Origin: an uncultured Candidatus Bathyarchaeia archaeon
Lineage (GTDB): Archaea > Thermoproteota > Bathyarchaeia > RBG-16-48-13 > CAYPFQ01
DNA length: 64,000 nt
Assembly: GCA_964410135.1 (NCBI GenBank)
Contig: CAYPFQ010000001.1
Coordinates: 22,560 to 86,559 of the forward strand
Direction of reading: 5' to 3'
Shown: in pieces, positions 39,809-49,072 of the stretch
Layout: each line of letters opens with the position of its first letter
Position numbering within the stretch: the stretch's first letter is position 1
The notes under the pieces: generated by a model
The model's input: only the letters and a program-made list of their open reading frames with translations
Told to the model about the DNA's origin: nothing
The model's database searches: none
Program-made: the position numbers and the translations under genes

Positions 39809-41614
39809 CTACTCAGATTCTTTTTCGCTTATAGTTGTGTAGTAGTATTCTCCGATGTCTTTCTGGTGCTTATCGAGGCGTGACCCTTCCTTGTTTACGC
39901 GGGGGCGTCTTGTGGTGGAGTCTCGCCGAAACGTGACCGCCATATCTTTCAGGAAGGCATTCATTCCATCTCTGAGGCTCACTGGCTGGTTTGCCTGTCC
40001 TTTGACGCCTGGCTCGCCTGTGAACACCATTATGCGGTCGGCGATGAAGTCCTCGGCTACCACATCATGTTCAACTACGAATGCGGTTGCACCCTTACTT
40101 TCTACTATTCTCCGTATTGTCCTAGCCATCGCTAATCGTTCTTCAACATCCAGGTAGGCGCTTGGCTCGTCGAGAAGATATATCTGGGATCCTCTTGATA
40201 GACAGGTAGTGATTGCGACTCGTTGCAGCTCTCCTCCGCTAAGCTCCTTCACCTGTCTGTCTAGAAGTCTCTGGATGTTTAATGGCTGGGCAAGTTCGGA
40301 TTTGAACCAGCTCGATCCATATTCGTCTTTAGCTACTGTTCGGAGGAGCGATTCGACTGTGCCGTCATATTCGGGCGCGATGTATTGAGGCTTATAGCTG
40401 ACCTTTTGGGCATTCCTCAGTGGAGCGCCTTTATCTGGTTTTTCGATTCCAGCTAGAAGCTTGACGAACGTGGTTTTCCCAATTCCGTTAGGTCCAAGTA
40501 TCCCGATTACTTCTCCTTGGTGGATCTCTCCATGCTTGGTGGTTAGGGTGAAACCGTCGTAGGTTTTCTCCATCGCCTTCCATTTTAGCACGACCCTGTG
40601 GGCAGCCCACGCGGTTACTGGTGGGTGAAGTGGGAACTTTATTGGCGTCTCTCTGAATCGCACATTCTCGTCGGCAATATAGCCTTCTAGATAGATGTTT
40701 ATCCCAACCCGTACTCCATGTGGATGGGAAACGATTCCATAGATACCGGGCTCACCATACAATACGCATACTTGATCTGAAAGATAGTCTAGAACTGCTA
40801 GGTCGTGCTCAGCTACAAACACGGTCTTACCATCATCCTTGAGGCTACGAATTGCTTTAGCTACTTGGAGGCGCTGTTTCACGTCTAGATAGCTTGACGG
40901 CTCATCGAAAAAGTATACATCCGCTTCTCGGCACATAGCCGCTGCAATCGCTACTCTCTGCAACTCTCCTCCGCTTAATTGGTCGAGGCTTCGAGTCCAA
41001 ACCGGGGTTAATTGAAGTTGCTCCGCGATCGTACTTAATTTTCCACGGTCATCCGCCTTTTCGAGAAGTTTCTTTACATTTCCTGAGACTGCCTTGGGCA
41101 ACGCATCGACATACTGAGGTTTGTGGACAACTTTCAATTTGCCTTGGCTTAATCGATTAAAATATTCTTGAATAACTGAACCCCTATAATGTTGGATTAT
41201 CTCTTGCCAGCTTGGAGGGTTCTCATATTTTCCTAGGTTTAGCCTGACTTCGCCAGTCAAGATTTTTATGACCGTTGTCTTTCCGATGCCGTTTCTACCG
41301 ATAAGCCCTGTAACTGCTCCTTTTTGCGGTACTGGGAGCCTGAAAAGCTCAAATGTGTTAGGTCCAAATCTGTGGCTTGTTTCTCCAGCTAATTTGTCTG
41401 GAAGGTTGACGATGTATATGGCAGAGAAGGGGCATTTTTTAATGCAGATTCCGCATCCGACACACAGGTTTTCAACTATTGTTGGCTTCTTTTCGCCTTC
41501 TTTGAATTCTATGGCGAAGACCCTGCTCCTCACTTTAGGGCAAAACTTGTAGCAAACTATGCCACAGTCTTCAGGTCTACATCGGTCTTTGTCAAGAACT
41601 GCTACGCGAATCAT
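39809..41614 (-). CDS. abcE1: ribosome-recycling ATPase ABCE1 (RNase L inhibitor homologue)
   Basis: 601 aa. The N-terminal FeS domain (CRPEDCGIVCYKFCP, CVGCGICIKKCP) is followed by two ABC cassettes (GIGKTT, LSGGELQR twice). Confidence 0.9.
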   Translation of the reverse strand: MIRVAVLDKDRCRPEDCGIVCYKFCPKVRSRVFAIEFKEGEKKPTIVENLCVGCGICIKKCPFSAIYIVNLPDKLAGETSHRFGPNTFELFRLPVPQKGAVTGLIGRNGIGKTTVIKILTGEVRLNLGKYENPPSWQEIIQHYRGSVIQEYFNRLSQGKLKVVHKPQYVDALPKAVSGNVKKLLEKADDRGKLSTIAEQLQLTPVWTRSLDQLSGGELQRVAIAAAMCREADVYFFDEPSSYLDVKQRLQVAKAIRSLKDDGKTVFVAEHDLAVLDYLSDQVCVLYGEPGIYGIVSHPHGVRVGINIYLEGYIADENVRFRETPIKFPLHPPVTAWAAHRVVLKWKAMEKTYDGFTLTTKHGEIHQGEVIGILGPNGIGKTTFVKLLAGIEKPDKGAPLRNAQKVSYKPQYIAPEYDGTVESLLRTVAKDEYGSSWFKSELAQPLNIQRLLDRQVKELSGGELQRVAITTCLSRGSQIYLLDEPSAYLDVEERLAMARTIRRIVESKGATAFVVEHDVVAEDFIADRIMVFTGEPGVKGQANQPVSLRDGMNAFLKDMAVTFRRDSTTRRPRVNKEGSRLDKHQKDIGEYYYTTISEKESE

Positions 41615-41683
41615 TGCAGACTCCCTGTCAATTTAAACGTAATAGTTTGGTACTAAAATAAATCGTAAGTTCATTTCGACATT

Positions 41684-41699
41684 GAAAATCTTTATATCC
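41684..41699 (+). promoter_or_regulatory. BRE/TATA-like element (GAAAATC-TTTATATCC) upstream of the acidic micro-ORF
   Basis: An A-rich BRE-like stretch and a TTTATATC box sit about 40 nt before ATG 41740. SD GAGGAGG is at about 41726-41732. Confidence 0.35.
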
Positions 41700-41739
41700 T
41701 TGTAGGGTTGTTCATGTTGCGAAACGAGGAGGACACTTC

Positions 41740-41805
41740 ATGAGCGAAGAATGGGAGGAAGAAGGTACAGAAGAAGGAGAAGAAGCCGAAGAAGAGGAAT
41801 GGTAA
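41740..41805 (+). CDS. candidate micro-protein, 21 aa, poly-acidic: MSEEWEEEGTEEGEEAEEEEW
   Basis: ATG is preceded by a perfect GAGGAGG Shine-Dalgarno 8 nt upstream and a TTTATATCC TATA-like box about 40 nt upstream. The TAA stop is followed by T-rich tracts. It lies in a 250-nt gap between abcE1 and the next gene. Confidence 0.4.
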   Translation: MSEEWEEEGTEEGEEAEEEEW

Positions 41806-41864
41806 AGATAGCCCCCTTACTAAATTTTTCTTGTTTAAATCTTAGCGTTTTTTAATTTATTTTT

Positions 41865-42617
41865 TTAAGATGCTGCAGTTATAGGTAAGATTTCAACGGA
41901 TCCTGTGCATCCGTTAATTTTGAGTACTCGCGCCTCATTTTTAGGTTCTCGGATGTATTCGGCGTAGTAGAATGGGAAATAGAGTGTCGTAATTTCGTTT
42001 ACATTGACCGTTTCATTTTTTATTTTTTCTATGTCCTTGGGTCTTTGCGTTATGTGTTTTTTAAGGAGATCTACAGCTTTTTCAGTTAGGATTTCAACAT
42101 TTAGGATTTCATGTTGGTGTTCATGGTAGAAGCTTTCGTGTATCTCCTCCATTTTCACTTTTGGTAGCTCCTTTGCTATTTCCCTGCCTTTGCGGTCCAA
42201 TATCATTGTGGCTGAATTCCTAAATTGAACCAGTTCTGTCGCCTCAATTTTAAGCCCCTTTGTTGCGCTTCCCTCTTTCTCTGGCTGGGGGGTTAGCTTT
42301 TTATTGAAAACCTCAACTTCCGCGACCTCGGAATTGACTGGAACTGCATACGTGCTTTTTCGGTAATAGTCCAGGCTGTAGCTTCCGCTGATTCGTAGGT
42401 ATGGTTCATAATATTTCACGAACCGGGTGCATTTCAACTCATCTGGTTTGGGTTTGTTGAAGAATCTGAGCCGGGCGAAGGCGGAGATTTTTCTTTTTTC
42501 AGCGATTTCCCATGCTTTCACGCGGGTGATGTCGACTGAGCTCATTAGGATTTTTGGTTTTGCTAACTCTTTTGATGGCTCTTTAGACACTCGGCTCAAA
42601 TTCGGAAACACAACCAT
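41865..42617 (-). CDS. hypothetical protein (250 aa)
   Basis: Clean ORF with no recognisable motif. Confidence 0.3.
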   Translation of the reverse strand: MVVFPNLSRVSKEPSKELAKPKILMSSVDITRVKAWEIAEKRKISAFARLRFFNKPKPDELKCTRFVKYYEPYLRISGSYSLDYYRKSTYAVPVNSEVAEVEVFNKKLTPQPEKEGSATKGLKIEATELVQFRNSATMILDRKGREIAKELPKVKMEEIHESFYHEHQHEILNVEILTEKAVDLLKKHITQRPKDIEKIKNETVNVNEITTLYFPFYYAEYIREPKNEARVLKINGCTGSVEILPITAAS

Positions 42618-42670
42618 CCTCTAAATACTTATTCTTAGCTTCCCTAAAAACTATTAAACATAAGCGCTCT

Positions 42671-43312
42671 TTGGTGAAACCTATGCGGATCGTCAGGGCA
42701 ACAGATGCTACTATCAACGAAGCAGTACAAATTGTCAAAGAAGGCGGGCTGGTCGTCTACCCAACTGATACCGTTTACGGGCTTGGATGCGACCCATTCA
42801 ACGTTAATGCAGTTAAACGAGTTATGAAAGTGAAGGGGCGGTCAAAAAAACCGCTTCCTGTTCTCGTAGCATCACTAGAGGAGGCGGGAGAGATTGCTCA
42901 TATTACTGATGAGGCCTACAGGCTTGCAAATAAATTATGGCCAGGAGCTCTGACCATGATTCTTAGAAAGAAACCAGCTTTGTCGAATGTCGTGACATGC
43001 GGTTTAAACAGTGTTGGCATACGTAGTCCTAATCATGCCACTGCGTTGAAGTTAATTCAACTTTCAGGGGGCTTCCTGATTGGCACAAGTGCTAATCTTA
43101 CTGGCAAAAAGTCTCCTCGAACTGCTGAGGAGGCAGCAAAACAGGTTGGAAAGCATGTCGATCTGATTCTTGACGCGGGCGCCAGCCCCATCGGCATAGA
43201 CTCAACTATCATAGATCTGGCCTCTAGAAGCCCGAGGATCGTTAGACCTGGTCCAGTGGGAGCGAGGGAGATAGCTGAGGCTTTATGCATAGAGGAGAGC
43301 AGAATTTGTTAA
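42671..43312 (+). CDS. tsaC: L-threonylcarbamoyladenylate synthase (TsaC/YrdC-type, t6A biosynthesis)
   Basis: 213 aa YrdC domain with YPTDTVYGLGCDP and ANLTGKKSP motifs. There is no Sua5 C-terminal extension. Confidence 0.8.
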   Translation: MVKPMRIVRATDATINEAVQIVKEGGLVVYPTDTVYGLGCDPFNVNAVKRVMKVKGRSKKPLPVLVASLEEAGEIAHITDEAYRLANKLWPGALTMILRKKPALSNVVTCGLNSVGIRSPNHATALKLIQLSGGFLIGTSANLTGKKSPRTAEEAAKQVGKHVDLILDAGASPIGIDSTIIDLASRSPRIVRPGPVGAREIAEALCIEESRIC

Positions 43313-43833
43313 ACGATTTCAATCTTTTACTCTCATCCCCTAGGGGGCGTGAACGTGAAACTTGCTCTGAAATTTGGGCGCTTTTTAATGAGCTTGGAGA
43401 CGTGGCCTTCAAAGTTGACCGAACCAATGTCATTGGCTTAGTAGTAGCGAAGACAAGGCTGAATCCTTTTGAAGCGGTGGAAAAGCTTCGAGCCATCTTA
43501 GCTGAGAGACCTGAAGCGTTTCATTACACATTGAAAGTCACTCCGATCGAGCGTGTAGTGCCAACCGACTTGAATGCGATTAAAAATGCTGTAGGCGAGC
43601 TATCCACAAAGATTGGGAAAGATGAGAAGTTCAGAGTAACCGTTGAAAAGAGACATAGCGAGCTTCCGACGATCGATATTGTGGAAGCTGCAGCGTCAGT
43701 AATAGATAGAAAAGTTGACTTAGAGCATCCGGATAAAATTGTATTGGTTGAAGTACTGGGAAAGCTTACTGGGATATCTGTCATCAAGCCCTCAGACATT
43801 TTGGCTATTGCAAAAGAGAGAATGAGTTTCTGA
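43285..43833 (+). CDS. THUMP-domain RNA-binding protein
   Basis: 182 aa. The N-terminal NLLLSSPRGRERETCSEI is the typical THUMP-protein opening. The C-terminal RVTVEKRHS...DIV pattern is THUMP-like. No catalytic domain. Confidence 0.55.
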   Translation: MHRGEQNLLNDFNLLLSSPRGRERETCSEIWALFNELGDVAFKVDRTNVIGLVVAKTRLNPFEAVEKLRAILAERPEAFHYTLKVTPIERVVPTDLNAIKNAVGELSTKIGKDEKFRVTVEKRHSELPTIDIVEAAASVIDRKVDLEHPDKIVLVEVLGKLTGISVIKPSDILAIAKERMSF

Positions 43834-44400
43834 CTATTTTGATATGCGTAGTAAAGCGCCACGTTCAATTATGAGATAGGTTAAGGCCTCTTTCTCTGCG
43901 TTTTTTGTTTCAGCCTTAGCCTCCACTTCTTTGTCAGTAATTTCAAACAATTTCTTCAGAGTAACGTATTTCTCGTCGGTCACCCGCATTACATCGTCAT
44001 CCGGTTTGCCGCCTAGGATCTCAGAGACTATGTTAAAAGCTGTCTTGACCTCATTTTCGCTGCTCGCTATGATGAGAACTGCTACGTTACGTGTTTTTGG
44101 CATTACTCCTAGCATATCAAACGATCTTTGGATCTGTCTCTGTCCAGAAGCATAGAGAATCGCCTCAGTTGCTAGTCCATGGGTCAACTCCGACTTATCA
44201 TGGAATGCTTTGAGTGCATTTAGCGTGGCGAAGTATATGTGCTGCCAGCCTGCAACCTTGGCTGCATTGAAAATTTGAACATGTGCCTCGGTTTTATTTC
44301 GGATTTTATCGAATACCATGTCCACATTAGTGATTTTTACGTCTTTTAAACCAGCAATTACTACAAATTTGCCGAATTCCTCGGCTTCTTTAAGCAGCAC
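43834..44400 (-). CDS. cgi121: KEOPS complex subunit Cgi121
   Basis: 188 aa. ILYASGQRQIQRSFDMLGV aligns with the conserved LVRASGQRQI motif of archaeal Cgi121. It is next to tsaC. Confidence 0.7.
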   Translation of the reverse strand: MLLKEAEEFGKFVVIAGLKDVKITNVDMVFDKIRNKTEAHVQIFNAAKVAGWQHIYFATLNALKAFHDKSELTHGLATEAILYASGQRQIQRSFDMLGVMPKTRNVAVLIIASSENEVKTAFNIVSEILGGKPDDDVMRVTDEKYVTLKKLFEITDKEVEAKAETKNAEKEALTYLIIERGALLRISK

Positions 44401-44405
44401 TTTCT

Positions 44406-45038
44406 CTATTTGCGCTCCCTAAAAATATCTTTTATAAAATGCCTTACATGCTGCCGCTTTATCCCAATCTTAACTAAGGTATTTTCTATTTCCTTGAGCG
44501 ATTTGCCTTCATTCTTCAATTTTTGTCCTATTTTTGCGCTGGCCTCTTTTCGTTCCCAGGGAAATACCACCCATGCATCGGTTTTCTTAGCATAGTAGTC
44601 TGGGATGACTATGGACCACGGTTTGTAATAGATTGTGCAGATTCTGACATTTGATGCACCTTCTTCTAGAAGATGTTTTCGTATAAGTTCAAGACTTTTC
44701 CCAGAGTCTGCGACATCATCAGCTACAAGCACGTTCTTGCCCTTTACTGAAGCTGAAATTGGCTGAGTTATTCTGGGTTCTTCAGTAGTCTTGTAAATGT
44801 CCACATAGAATTCAGCTTTGATATTTGCAAGATTTGGGTTCTGTAGGAAATCGGATAGTATCCTCGCTGGAGGCCAACCACCTCGAGCTACTCCAACTAT
44901 TATATCTGGTTTAAATCCACTCTGCCCTATTCTCTCAGCAAGCTCGATAAGAAACTCATAGATATCTTCCCATGTCGGGACATCATACTTGATGGTTTTC
45001 GGCAGAGGAGACTCCCTCGTAAGAATGAAAATAACCAA
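44406..45038 (-). CDS. phosphoribosyltransferase (purine PRTase-like)
   Basis: 210 aa with the PRPP-binding motif NVLVADDVADSGKSL. Confidence 0.6.
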   Translation of the reverse strand: MVIFILTRESPLPKTIKYDVPTWEDIYEFLIELAERIGQSGFKPDIIVGVARGGWPPARILSDFLQNPNLANIKAEFYVDIYKTTEEPRITQPISASVKGKNVLVADDVADSGKSLELIRKHLLEEGASNVRICTIYYKPWSIVIPDYYAKKTDAWVVFPWERKEASAKIGQKLKNEGKSLKEIENTLVKIGIKRQHVRHFIKDIFRERK

Positions 45039-45146
45039 GGGCTTTCATTTAAGTTGTTTCATCAAAAACTGGCTAAGCTCTTCTTGAAAATCCTTAATCT
45101 TAATTTAGGAGTTTTTGAAATTCAATAGGTTACGGCTGGTGGCGCA

Positions 45147-45875
45147 GTGATTAAGGCTGTTCTAATTGACTTTGGGCACACTTTAGTTAAGCAGCGAACT
45201 GAGGAAGAGCTATTGCTAAAACGAGGTGTAAGGCAACTGGCGAATTACTTGAAGATGAAGGGCTATCCGCTACCGGTTGATCAGTTTGAACGTGTAGAGA
45301 AGGCATCGAGGAACGAAGCAGATCGCTTCCGAGAAAAAACATTGATTGAAGTAAAGGCGCTTAATAGGATGACTGTTCTGCTGAATAGATTTGGAGTGCC
45401 AGTTAGCCCGGATGACGAACTAGCCCAGAAAGCTTTGCTCCTATTTTATGAGCCAATTGTAAAAGATATGAGGCTTTATCCCGATAGTATAAGGTTCCTC
45501 AGGGCTTTGAAGAAAGAAGGATATAAGCTGGCTTTAGTTAGCAACGCTGCCAATGACATCGCCGTGAAAGAGGCTGCGAAACGATTAGGAGTAGCTAAGT
45601 TTTTCGATACTCTCGTCATCTCAAGCCAAGTGGAAATCAGAAAGCCTGGCTTGGCAATCTTCATGCGAGCACTAAAAGACCTGAAAGTAAAACCCAGTGA
45701 AGCCGTCTTCATCGGCGACTCGATGAGCAAAGACGTAATAGGTGCAAAAAAAGTTCCAATGAAAACTATTCTCATAATAAGGCAATTCAAGAAGATTAAG
45801 CAAAGCATTTCCGATGCAAATGTTAAGACCTTAACCGAAGCTGCTGAAGTCCTAGCTGCGTGGAAGAAAGCTTAG
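45147..45875 (+). CDS. HAD-superfamily hydrolase
   Basis: 242 aa with GTG start. Motif I is LIDFGHTL and motif IV is IGDSMSKDV. Confidence 0.7.
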   Translation: MIKAVLIDFGHTLVKQRTEEELLLKRGVRQLANYLKMKGYPLPVDQFERVEKASRNEADRFREKTLIEVKALNRMTVLLNRFGVPVSPDDELAQKALLLFYEPIVKDMRLYPDSIRFLRALKKEGYKLALVSNAANDIAVKEAAKRLGVAKFFDTLVISSQVEIRKPGLAIFMRALKDLKVKPSEAVFIGDSMSKDVIGAKKVPMKTILIIRQFKKIKQSISDANVKTLTEAAEVLAAWKKA

Positions 45876-45877
45876 AA

Positions 45878-46813
45878 TTACTTTGAAATTGCTTCGAACA
45901 TTCTTTCTAGTGAAACTCTCGCCCTTTTGGCCATTGGTTCTGGAACGGTTACCCGATATCGTTCCTCTTTTAGCGCCATGTAGACCCGAGTGAGGTTGTT
46001 AAGTTTCATGTTGACGCACCACGCATCCTCATAGGCTGGGATAAACGTCTTATTAGGGTTCTCTCTATTAAGCCGGTGCAGGAGTCCCACTTCGGTTGCC
46101 ACGATGAATTTTTTGGCATTTGATTGTTTTGCATACTGGCACATCTGGGTCGTAGATCCTATGAAGTCAGCTGTCTGCTGGACATCAGGGGTGCATTCCG
46201 GATGCACCATCACTGTTGCGTCTGGGTTTAGCTCTTTTTGGATTAGTATATCTTCTTTTAAGAATAGGATGTGCGTTTGGCAGAAACCCCTCTCCGGTAT
46301 GGGAATTATCCTCTTGCCAGTTCTTTGTTCTAGATACCACGCAAGATTAATGTCGGGGCCGAAGATTATAGTGTCTGAATCCAATGAATCTACAATCTTG
46401 ACTGCGTTTGCAGAAGTGCAACAAATATCACACATTGCTTTCGCTTCAGCGAGGGTATTTACATACAAAACAATCGGGATGTTAGGGTACTTTTCTTTCC
46501 AAACTTTGATTTGTATTGCTGGAAGCATGGATGCCATTGGGCATTTGGCACCTAGGCTTGGAATTAGAACTTTTTTATCGGGATTTAGAATTACAGCTGT
46601 TTCAGCCATGAAGTCTACTGAGCAATGGACAATAATCTTTGCCTCTTTTTCCTCGATAGCCTTTTTTGCAAGTCCCACACTGTCGTCGACATAATCTGCC
46701 AGATCCTGAATCTCAGGTCTCTGATAGTTGTGGGCAAGTATAATTGCATGTTTCTCTTTCTTGAGTTTCTTGATTCGTTCGACTAGTTCTTCTGTCTTCA
46801 TTTTAACCACCAT
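45878..46813 (-). CDS. nadA: quinolinate synthase
   Basis: 311 aa. ILAHNYQRPEIQDLADYVDDSVGLA is conserved, and three Cys residues provide the FeS cluster ligands. Confidence 0.9.
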   Translation of the reverse strand: MVVKMKTEELVERIKKLKKEKHAIILAHNYQRPEIQDLADYVDDSVGLAKKAIEEKEAKIIVHCSVDFMAETAVILNPDKKVLIPSLGAKCPMASMLPAIQIKVWKEKYPNIPIVLYVNTLAEAKAMCDICCTSANAVKIVDSLDSDTIIFGPDINLAWYLEQRTGKRIIPIPERGFCQTHILFLKEDILIQKELNPDATVMVHPECTPDVQQTADFIGSTTQMCQYAKQSNAKKFIVATEVGLLHRLNRENPNKTFIPAYEDAWCVNMKLNNLTRVYMALKEERYRVTVPEPMAKRARVSLERMFEAISK

Positions 46814-47135
46814 GCGATACCGGGATGACTACTATCGTGTCATCTTCCCCAACTCTCGTTTCCAATCCTTGTAGGGCGCTTATTTCCACATCGTTTACGA
46901 GGATCAAGGTGTTGGGTCTTGGGTCGTTTAGTTCTGGATCGATAACGGCTCGTTTGAATGCGAGTCCAAGGCTCTCTGATAAGTCTTGTATTAGTTGTTT
47001 AATGGTTACAGGTGTTTCTGATTTTACCGAGATCTCGTTTTTTCCAGCGAGCCCTCTAAGAACCCCGACAAGCTTAACTTTAACTTTGCATGTCTCCGAA
47101 GACGTAGACATCTTCTTCGTAACTTCGTCCCCCAA
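46803..47135 (-). CDS. MoaD/ThiS-family ubiquitin-like beta-grasp protein ending in Gly-Gly (SAMP-like)
   Basis: 110 aa with the C-terminal ...DDTIVVIPVSHGG and a beta-grasp pattern. It overlaps the nadA start, so it is coupled to it. Confidence 0.55.
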   Translation of the reverse strand: MGDEVTKKMSTSSETCKVKVKLVGVLRGLAGKNEISVKSETPVTIKQLIQDLSESLGLAFKRAVIDPELNDPRPNTLILVNDVEISALQGLETRVGEDDTIVVIPVSHGG

Positions 47136-47952
47136 CCGTACTCCCTGGCGGTAGGTGTTTCAAATGTTTCTTTCGAAAGAGCTCTTTTAATTTAGCTCTT
47201 ATCACGGTGAGGTTTCGGTTTCTTAGGATTTCTAGCGGGATAAATAAGTTTAGTGGTCTCGCTGGAATGATGTGTCTTGTCGCCTTTCTGGCGAAAAACT
47301 GTTTCTTTGAGGCTACGGTGATTACGGATTTTTTATCGATTTGTGGAACTACGATTACGGCGTCTATTGTGCCATTATTCAGGGCATGTTTGGCATCTTC
47401 TGGTGTGGCATACTCGATGGTTGCGCCAGCTTTTCTTGTGGCTTCTTCAATCCGTTTAACCAAGTCATACTGGCGTCTAATGTCCATGGGCTTTGAATTG
47501 ACTATGAAGCCGCTTTGGCTGGTTAGGATAGATGCAGGGACCAGTTTAGATCCAACTGCCGACTCCGCGGCTTTTTGAGTGGTCTTGGTGATGCCTACTC
47601 TGAAGCTTTTCAAGATTGTAGGTAACTGGTTCTCTGTTTTTAGATCAGAGATTGTTCTGTACCAGCTGCTGAGGTGAATTTGAGGGCTTTTGTAGTTTAC
47701 TAGGCAGACTGGAACCCATTTACAGCCAAGCCTTTTTAATGCTACAAAACGGTGTGTGCCATCTAAGATCACGAGCGTCTTTTTATCGACTATAACTGGG
47801 TGTTTGACGTATCCATCATTGTGGATTCGTTTCATCATCTTGTCTACAAGGGACGGCAATGCTTCTTCGTGTGGGCGGATGGCATTAGTATTGGCTATGT
47901 CTATATCAAATCTGAGATCTCTGTGGTGGATTGTAACTAGTGGGGCGGCCAT
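47080..47952 (-). CDS. ParB/sulfiredoxin-like (DGxHR) domain protein with C-terminal uncharacterised domain
   Basis: 290 aa. The N-terminal HPVIVDKKTLVILDGTHRFVALKRLG resembles the ParB/Srx nuclease-like fold. The rest is unassigned. Confidence 0.45.
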   Translation of the reverse strand: MAAPLVTIHHRDLRFDIDIANTNAIRPHEEALPSLVDKMMKRIHNDGYVKHPVIVDKKTLVILDGTHRFVALKRLGCKWVPVCLVNYKSPQIHLSSWYRTISDLKTENQLPTILKSFRVGITKTTQKAAESAVGSKLVPASILTSQSGFIVNSKPMDIRRQYDLVKRIEEATRKAGATIEYATPEDAKHALNNGTIDAVIVVPQIDKKSVITVASKKQFFARKATRHIIPARPLNLFIPLEILRNRNLTVIRAKLKELFRKKHLKHLPPGSTVGGRSYEEDVYVFGDMQS

Positions 47953-48341
47953 TATGCGTGCTCCTCTGCCTCCTCGCCTGTAACTGCTTCTACGATGTCT
48001 GTAGTTACCTCGATGACGGCGTGCGCCTCTCTCAGGGCTACTTCTTTGATTATGTTTTCAGTCATCTCGCTGTGTGCTCGTATTTTTCGCTCAATCTTAA
48101 CTAAACAATGGAGTAGCGGGTCGGGGATGTGGTTTTTTCCTTCGGCGATCTGACGGATCATCGGTTCTAAGTATACGGGATCTCCGAGGCTGTAATATAC
48201 TGCGGCCTGGGCTTTTTTCATCGCTAATATTGCTACGCTTATCGCCATTAGTGGAGGGCTTTTTTCAGCTGTTGATAGATCAGCTTTCGCCTCTCGTAGG
48301 TATCGAAATGCCCAGCCTTTTCTGTATTCGTCAACAAACAA
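47952..48341 (-). CDS. HEPN-like helical protein
   Basis: 129 aa, all-helical, with an R-x4-H motif (ERKIRAH). It is tightly coupled to the ParB/Srx-like gene. Confidence 0.4.
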   Translation of the reverse strand: MFVDEYRKGWAFRYLREAKADLSTAEKSPPLMAISVAILAMKKAQAAVYYSLGDPVYLEPMIRQIAEGKNHIPDPLLHCLVKIERKIRAHSEMTENIIKEVALREAHAVIEVTTDIVEAVTGEEAEEHA

Positions 48342-48392
48342 AATCGTCAGCCCCTATCCCAATCTATCTGACTGAGCCATAATAAAACCTAA

Positions 48393-48611
48393 TTAGACAG
48401 TAGCTGCGGCTGAAGCTTCTTTCTTCTGTTCAATGCGCTTAATTCTTGCCGCATAACCTGCAATTCTGTTTCTTAGTCTTTTTGAGGAGACGGTTGCAAA
48501 TTGTTCTACCAGCTTTTTGTTGGTCTCGTAGTCGGCGGTGAATTTATCGGGATATGTTTCTACGAGTTCCCTCGCTAGCTTCTTGACTGCTTCTGGGCGT
48601 ACTCTCCCCAT
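48393..48611 (-). CDS. rps17e: 30S ribosomal protein S17e
   Basis: 72 aa. [25 protein letters not shown] matches S17e. Confidence 0.85.
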   Translation of the reverse strand: MGRVRPEAVKKLARELVETYPDKFTADYETNKKLVEQFATVSSKRLRNRIAGYAARIKRIEQKKEASAAATV

Positions 48612-48690
48612 TCAAATGCCTCTTGATTATTGCCTCCATAAAGGTTAATAGATTAATGAAGGTTTTGTCGGCTCTTGCCAGCATTTTTAA

Positions 48691-48700
48691 GCTTTATAAT
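48691..48700 (+). promoter_or_regulatory. TATA-like box (GCTTTATAAT) ahead of the histone gene
   Basis: Located about 50-70 nt upstream of the histone start codons. Position is approximate. Confidence 0.3.
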
Positions 48701-48766
48701 GTAGAAGTTATAGAAAACCATTCAATGATTTCTATAAAATTCTAAAATTAGATGGAAGTGGTTGAG

Positions 48767-48985
48767 ATGACTTCAGAAGAGCTTCAGCTAGCGCCTATGC
48801 ACAGGATAATTAAGAAGGCTGGCGCTGAACGGGTGAGCGAGGAGGCTGCGGGCGAGTTACGTAAAGTGCTTGAAGAGGTCGGCATAAAAATCGCAAAAGA
48901 AGCTTTGGATTTTGCCACGCATGCTGGCAGAAAAACCGTTAAGGCCGAAGACATTAAGATAGCCGCTTCGAAAGTTACTAAATGA
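48767..48985 (+). CDS. archaeal histone (HMf-like, histone fold)
   Basis: [62 protein letters not shown] aligns along its length with archaeal histones. The ORF track starts 5 codons earlier, at 48752. Confidence 0.85.
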   Translation: MTSEELQLAPMHRIIKKAGAERVSEEAAGELRKVLEEVGIKIAKEALDFATHAGRKTVKAEDIKIAASKVTK

Positions 48986-49072
48986 TAGTCTTATAGCATA
49001 ACGCTGACTAAAAATACTTATATCTATCCTCTAATTTTGATTTTTAGATGAAATTTTATCGGAGGGAGCTTC

